A stretch of DNA of 42,340 nt, taken from NCBI GenBank assembly GCA_047638635.1, contig JBLIMM010000003.1:1-42340 (forward strand), given 5' to 3'. The notes under the pieces were generated by a model. That model saw only the letters and a list, made by a program, of their open reading frames with translations. It made no database searches and was not told the origin of the DNA. Shown here piece after piece: positions 37,723 to 42,340 of the stretch; the stretch's first letter is position 1, and the number at the start of each line of letters is the position of its first letter. The position numbers and the translations under genes were made by a program. The DNA is from Pseudohongiellaceae bacterium (GTDB lineage: Bacteria > Planctomycetota > B15-G4).

Positions 37723-40221
37723 TCAGTGCTTCGGCTGCTCGATGCGCAACACGCCGGGTTCTTCAGCGAAGTGTGTGGAGTGGCTGCCGTCCGGCCAGTC
37801 CACATTGAGGGACAGCACGTTGGCTTCGCCGAGGTTGAAGCGCAGGCCCCGCTCGTTTTGTCCCAGGTAGCCGGAGTTGCTGTGAACCACCGCCCGCTGG
37901 GTGCGGCCGTCGGAGAGTTGCACTGTGACAGCCGCGCCGATGGCGTCGCGGTTGCTCTGGGGTGGGCGGCCCTCGGGCACCACGAGCAAGGAGCGTTGTT
38001 GCGCATTGTTTCGTAGCAACCTCAACGGCCCGTTGTTCGATGTGACGACAAGATCGAGATCGCCGTCACCGTCTACGTCTGCGGTGGCTGTGGATCGCGA
38101 GGCCAGCGCGTCGCTGAACGGTAGGCCCGCCGTGGCTACATCGAGCAGCTTCCAGCGGGGAGTGTCTCTGTGGTTGACGAAGGGACCAGGGCCGCTGGTA
38201 TTTTCGAAGAGCTGGTTGACCTGGCCCACGCACGTCATGGTGGTTTCGTAATCGGGGCTGGTGTATCCGTTGGCCACGAAGACGTCGTCGTCTCCGTCCC
38301 CATCGAAGTCGGCGAGTACGCAGCCCCAGCCCACGTAGCCCACGGAGGCTTGGGCGAGTTGTGTGGGGACGGCAATGTCCTCGAAGGCGGGCATGAACTT
38401 GCGCGCTGTTTCGCCGTGGAGATGGTTGTTGCGGTAGAGCCCGTTGGGCTCCAGTTGCCAGTTGGTCAGGGCGATGTCTTCGTCGCCGTCGCTGTCTATG
38501 TCGCTGAGGGCCAGGCCCATGCCACCGCGAGGGTCATCAAGCCCGACGAAGAGTGAGAGCTCTTCAAAGGTGCCGTCGCCCAGGTTGCTGTAGAAGGTGT
38601 TGGGCGTGGTGTCGTTGGCGACGTAGAGGTCGGGCCAGCCATCGTGATCGTGGTCGAAGAAAGCTGCGCCGAGACTCTTGCCATGGGGGTTCAGCAGCCC
38701 GGCGTCTTCGGTGATGTTCGCGAAGCGCAGTTGCTCATCGTTGCGGTAGAGCGCGTTGCCTTGCCCGGCGAAGATGTAGGGCAGCATGGCGATCGGGTCT
38801 TCGCGCCGCTGGGCTGGGTCGTTCGATTCTGGAGGGATCGCTGAGAGGTCGAACTCGAGGTAGTTGGTCACGAAGAGATCCAGGTCTCCGTCGAGGTCTG
38901 TGTCGGCGCAGGCGGCGCTGGCACCCCAACGGGCATCGCCAGTCCCGGAGTCTTTGGTGATGTTGGTGAAGCGTTCGCCGTCGTGGCGCCAGAACACGTT
39001 GGGTCCTTGGGAAGTCATGTAGAGGTCTGGGTCGCCGTCGTTATCGAAGTCGGCGAAGAGTGCTCCCATACCTGCCCGGCGAAGGCCCGCGAGCCCCCAG
39101 GCTGCGGTGGCGTCGCTGAAATGCCCGTCACCATCGTTGATGAACAAGCGGCTGTCCTGCTCGGCGCCGCCCACCACAAAGAGATCGCTGTCACCGTCGT
39201 TGTCGATGTCGGCGAAGGCTGCGCCCGGGCCCATCGTGGGCCGAATGTCCCATTGGTCGCCGCCCTCTTTGTGGACGAAGTCGAGACCTGACTCGGCGGT
39301 GCCGTCGCTAAACCAAGGGCGCGACGTGGTGCTGGCCGGAGCCGCAGGGGCAGCCACGTGGGACACAGGAGTGAGCGCTTGCGCCACGGTGCTCGTGGGA
39401 ACGGATCCGCCGTTGTTCAGCAAGGCAAAGAGCCGGCCGGCGACCAGCAGTAAGTCGAGGTCTCCGTCTCCTTCGAGATCGACGGCGTGAAGGCGGGTGC
39501 TAGCGGCGGTCAAGGCCAGTGCGTCTGTGCCCGTGACGTGCGAGACGTCGTGGAATGTTCCCGTGTCGTCGCCCAGAGCCAGGTGCACAGAACGCTGAGC
39601 GATCCAGGCTTTGTCGTTGATGCCGTCGCCATTCAGATCGGCGAAGAGCGTCGGAGGCTTGTCCATTGAGCTGACGATGCCAGGGACTGGCGCGCCACGG
39701 GGCTCGCTGGCTCCGCCGCCCTGCTCCTCCCAGCTGCCGATGCCCGAGTAGACCAAGCGGGTGAGCTGGCCGTCGCGCTGCAGCACGAAGTCGTTGCCCT
39801 CTCGGAGCAAACTCTCTGCAGGTGCGATGCCAGGAAGCCCCGTTCCCGCTGACTCGTCGATCCAGCGCAGCCGTTCGTGGCGCAAGTAGCGCAGGTCATT
39901 CTCTGTGGCGACGACCAAGTCCATGCCGCCGTCGTGGTCGAGATCAACGGGGTGGGCATCCATGACAGCGAAACCATCATGGGCCACCTTGATGTGCACG
40001 GCCTTGAAGCCCAGCGGCGTCTCGCTGCAAGCAGTGGTCAGCAGCAGCGCAACTAGCAGCCAGAGTCGTTGAGTGCCGCGAAGAGCACAGGGCGGGGCTG
40101 TGGGCGGTGAGCTGGTGATGTCGCTGGCCGAGGCTCTTCTCTGCCAGGGATGCTGGAGGGATGGGTTGAGGGATGCGTCGGAGCGGCAAGATGTGGTGGA
40201 GCAGAGAGCGGCGGTGATCAT
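37723..40221 (-). CDS. CRTAC1-family FG-GAP repeat / ASPIC-UnbV protein, probable lipoprotein (start uncertain)
   Basis: Many DxDxDGDxDL Ca-binding repeats, FSDGT..SGLDFVH, C-terminal NRDAIGA.V...GYLGQ...FNLG...V.WPDG (ASPIC-UnbV), and an LLLTTAC lipobox ~60 aa after ATG 40221. Confidence 0.85.
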   Translation of the reverse strand: MITAALCSTTSCRSDASLNPSLQHPWQRRASASDITSSPPTAPPCALRGTQRLWLLVALLLTTACSETPLGFKAVHIKVAHDGFAVMDAHPVDLDHDGGMDLVVATENDLRYLRHERLRWIDESAGTGLPGIAPAESLLREGNDFVLQRDGQLTRLVYSGIGSWEEQGGGASEPRGAPVPGIVSSMDKPPTLFADLNGDGINDKAWIAQRSVHLALGDDTGTFHDVSHVTGTDALALTAASTRLHAVDLEGDGDLDLLLVAGRLFALLNNGGSVPTSTVAQALTPVSHVAAPAAPASTTSRPWFSDGTAESGLDFVHKEGGDQWDIRPTMGPGAAFADIDNDGDSDLFVVGGAEQDSRLFINDGDGHFSDATAAWGLAGLRRAGMGALFADFDNDGDPDLYMTSQGPNVFWRHDGERFTNITKDSGTGDARWGASAACADTDLDGDLDLFVTNYLEFDLSAIPPESNDPAQRREDPIAMLPYIFAGQGNALYRNDEQLRFANITEDAGLLNPHGKSLGAAFFDHDHDGWPDLYVANDTTPNTFYSNLGDGTFEELSLFVGLDDPRGGMGLALSDIDSDGDEDIALTNWQLEPNGLYRNNHLHGETARKFMPAFEDIAVPTQLAQASVGYVGWGCVLADFDGDGDDDVFVANGYTSPDYETTMTCVGQVNQLFENTSGPGPFVNHRDTPRWKLLDVATAGLPFSDALASRSTATADVDGDGDLDLVVTSNNGPLRLLRNNAQQRSLLVVPEGRPPQSNRDAIGAAVTVQLSDGRTQRAVVHSNSGYLGQNERGLRFNLGEANVLSLNVDWPDGSHSTHFAEEPGVLRIEQPKH

Positions 40222-40296
40222 GGAAGCAAGGTTGGCTGGGTGGCGTGGAGAGTTCAACACTCTCCACGGAGCAGCCTCTTAGCGTGTGGGCAAAAG

Positions 40297-42340
40297 TCAG
40301 CGCACTTCGAGCAGCGGCGTGAAGTAGCGGTAGTAAACCTCGAGGGTCAGCACGCACATGGCGGTCGTGTAGCTGCGGTCCCGGCCATGGTCGCCAGCGT
40401 AGTCGGCGTAGAGCGAGATGGGGTTCCATGATCCGTCAGCCCGCTGGTTGGGCAGCAGCGTGTCTTGCAGGTGCTGGTTCCAGGCATCCCAGGGCTCGCC
40501 GCCGTGGCGAAAGAGCGCCAGCGAGGCGTAGTACCAAAAGTAGAGATTGCCCTCAGCCTGTTGCACGAAGCGTGCGCTGCTAGCTTTTCTGAAGCGGGTG
40601 GGCGCCCGGTCAAGCAGGAAGCTCACGTTGGGGGCGTAGGTCTCCGAGCGGATGTCTTCGCCGAGCAGCGAGAGAGCGAACAGGCCCGCGGGAGTGGAAC
40701 CCGGCAAGTAGGGGTAGGCCCCGTTGAGACGACCGGGGTCCCGGCTGTAGTAGAACTCTTGGCGGCCGCTGTCCTGAGCGTTGAGTAAGAACGTGCGCGC
40801 GTCGGCGAAGACTCGCGAGGGCACTTCGAGCCCGGCGAGCTGGGCCGACTCCAGGGCCATGACTTGCCACGAGGTGACTGAGGTCCGGGGCCACGAGTCG
40901 AAGACCCGTCCGTCCGGGTAGTAGTAGCCCCAACCTCCCAGTCGTTTGCGATTGGTTCGGCGATCTTGCTGGGACACGATCCAGGCCACGGCGCGTTCGA
41001 GAGGTTGGCGCAGCTTGTCGTTGGAGGTGAGCGCGTAGCACTCGCTCAACGCATAGGTCGCAATGGCGTGGGAGTACGAGGACGAGTAGCCGAAGTGTCC
41101 CGTGGCCTCGTCTTGCACGCTCAGCAAGAAGTCTCGGGCGAGAGCGCTGACTTGGGCGTGCTCGCGGCTGGTGTTGGGCGAGTGGCCCGCCCCCAAGAAC
41201 GCCAGCATCGCGAGGCCCGTCTTGCCCACAGAAACGTGACCATACTTCTCGTCGTAGTCGTCGGTGCTACCCCAGAAGCCATCGCTGTTTTGCAGCCGTG
41301 CGAGGTAGGCCAGCCCTGCAGCCACAGCTTGCTCGGTTTCGACGCTGCCCCCGTGCTCGGCGAGCGCGGCGACTTTCGCATCGCCGAAGCGTGTGCGGTA
41401 CGGCGTGTGTTCGTACTCGCTGGCGTCTGCTTCGGGGAGCGAGGCCGCCAATGCGATCACGGCGGCCAGGGGGCGGATTGCCGGTTGGGCTGGGGCGGAC
41501 GCGACGGAGCCTGTGGTCCATCGGCCAGGGCGCGAGGGTCGTTGGCCCCGTTGGGACGTTGTGCGGCTGGGCCCGGCGGCCAGGACGCTCACGTCGAGGG
41601 ACAAACTGGGAGCGGCCTCGGCAGCAAGGTTTTCGTCGAGGTTCCCGGGCATGGCAGCCTCGATCGTTGGCACCTCGTCGGCCAGGGCAATGCTCGGCAG
41701 CGATGCCCGCTGGGGTTCAACGAAGCCGCTGTTTCCTTGGCGGGAGGCGACCACGGCGGGCTGTTCGGTTGCGCTGGAGGAAAGCTGCGGCAAGCTGGCC
41801 GGGCGGGCGGCGCCAAGGTCTTGTGCTTGGCTGACGGCAGCGCCCAAGTTTCGTCCAGGACGTGTGGCATCCCGGCTGGGTTGCGCTGCAAGAGCAATCG
41901 CGCTGAGACCTAACCCGTCGAGGGAAAGCGCCGGCGCTTCCGCTTGTTGTTGTGACCCTTGTTGCCCTGTGGAAGCGTCCACGTCGATAGCGGGCTGGGC
42001 GCTGCCCCCAGAGGCACGGGAGATCAAGTCGACAGGGGTGGCGGGGCCTGGCAACCCAGGGCCGCTGGTGACCACGGGGACGGTGAGGCTGCGGCGCCCG
42101 GCGATCACTGCGCGGGATGCCGAGGGGCTCTCTTGAGCTTGCGAGGACTGAGCGAACGATGCACGAAGGGGGGGCGCGACCTGGCTCGGGCTTGCCGGCC
42201 CACGGGCCGCGAGCTGAGCTGGGGCTAGGTTGAGTTGCGCTGCTTCGGCAGACATGCCCGGGGCCACTTCGACCGCGTCCCGATAAGTCACGTCCCGCGG
42301 GGCCTGCACTTCTGCTCGGGCGGCTTCTGTGTCGCCTTGG
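40297..42340 (-). CDS. Prenyltransferase/squalene-oxidase-repeat (alpha-alpha barrel) protein with long low-complexity N-terminal region; 5'-partial
   Basis: QW-like repeats LARLQNSDGFW, LLSVQDEATGHF, IVSQQ...GGWGY, LLPNQRADGSW; SVTSWQVMAL; C-terminal YTTAMCVLTLEVYYRY. The frame stays open to the window edge. Confidence 0.8.
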   Translation of the reverse strand, partial: QGDTEAARAEVQAPRDVTYRDAVEVAPGMSAEAAQLNLAPAQLAARGPASPSQVAPPLRASFAQSSQAQESPSASRAVIAGRRSLTVPVVTSGPGLPGPATPVDLISRASGGSAQPAIDVDASTGQQGSQQQAEAPALSLDGLGLSAIALAAQPSRDATRPGRNLGAAVSQAQDLGAARPASLPQLSSSATEQPAVVASRQGNSGFVEPQRASLPSIALADEVPTIEAAMPGNLDENLAAEAAPSLSLDVSVLAAGPSRTTSQRGQRPSRPGRWTTGSVASAPAQPAIRPLAAVIALAASLPEADASEYEHTPYRTRFGDAKVAALAEHGGSVETEQAVAAGLAYLARLQNSDGFWGSTDDYDEKYGHVSVGKTGLAMLAFLGAGHSPNTSREHAQVSALARDFLLSVQDEATGHFGYSSSYSHAIATYALSECYALTSNDKLRQPLERAVAWIVSQQDRRTNRKRLGGWGYYYPDGRVFDSWPRTSVTSWQVMALESAQLAGLEVPSRVFADARTFLLNAQDSGRQEFYYSRDPGRLNGAYPYLPGSTPAGLFALSLLGEDIRSETYAPNVSFLLDRAPTRFRKASSARFVQQAEGNLYFWYYASLALFRHGGEPWDAWNQHLQDTLLPNQRADGSWNPISLYADYAGDHGRDRSYTTAMCVLTLEVYYRYFTPLLEVR

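Noticed and set aside
40297-42340. Squalene-hopene cyclase (shc)
   Set aside because: Only one barrel is visible, there is no DxDD motif, and the N-terminal region is low-complexity.

Overview
High-GC bacterial chromosome segment. The gene families suggest Planctomycetota (inference from DUF1080, CRTAC1/ASPIC, carboxypeptidase-regulatory-like repeat and prenyltransferase/squalene-oxidase-repeat proteins). It is mostly housekeeping and envelope genes. In order: the end of an RluA-type pseudouridine synthase; a methylmalonyl-CoA mutase catalytic subunit; a CBS-domain protein with a histone-H1-like tail; DUF1080; a three-gene acyl-CoA (propionyl-CoA) carboxylase; a TMTC-like membrane glycosyltransferase-TPR protein; a CMD-family protein; a SurA-like exported protein; a LipM/LplA-family ligase; a tightly coupled hybrid kinase / hydrolase-fold / DUF455 ferritin-like / ATP-grasp operon; a probable 6S RNA; a transglutaminase-like lipoprotein; LOG; a short RecQ; the glycine cleavage operon gcvT-H-PA-PB; and four large exported proteins. 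No tRNA, rRNA, CRISPR array or mobile element was recognised. The most striking unexplained feature is a ~600-nt intergenic tract between gcvPB and recQ. It is densely base-paired, mostly favours the minus strand and ends in an intrinsic terminator, so it is a candidate large ncRNA or cis-regulatory leader. All calls come from reading motifs by eye; no searches or folding programs were run.
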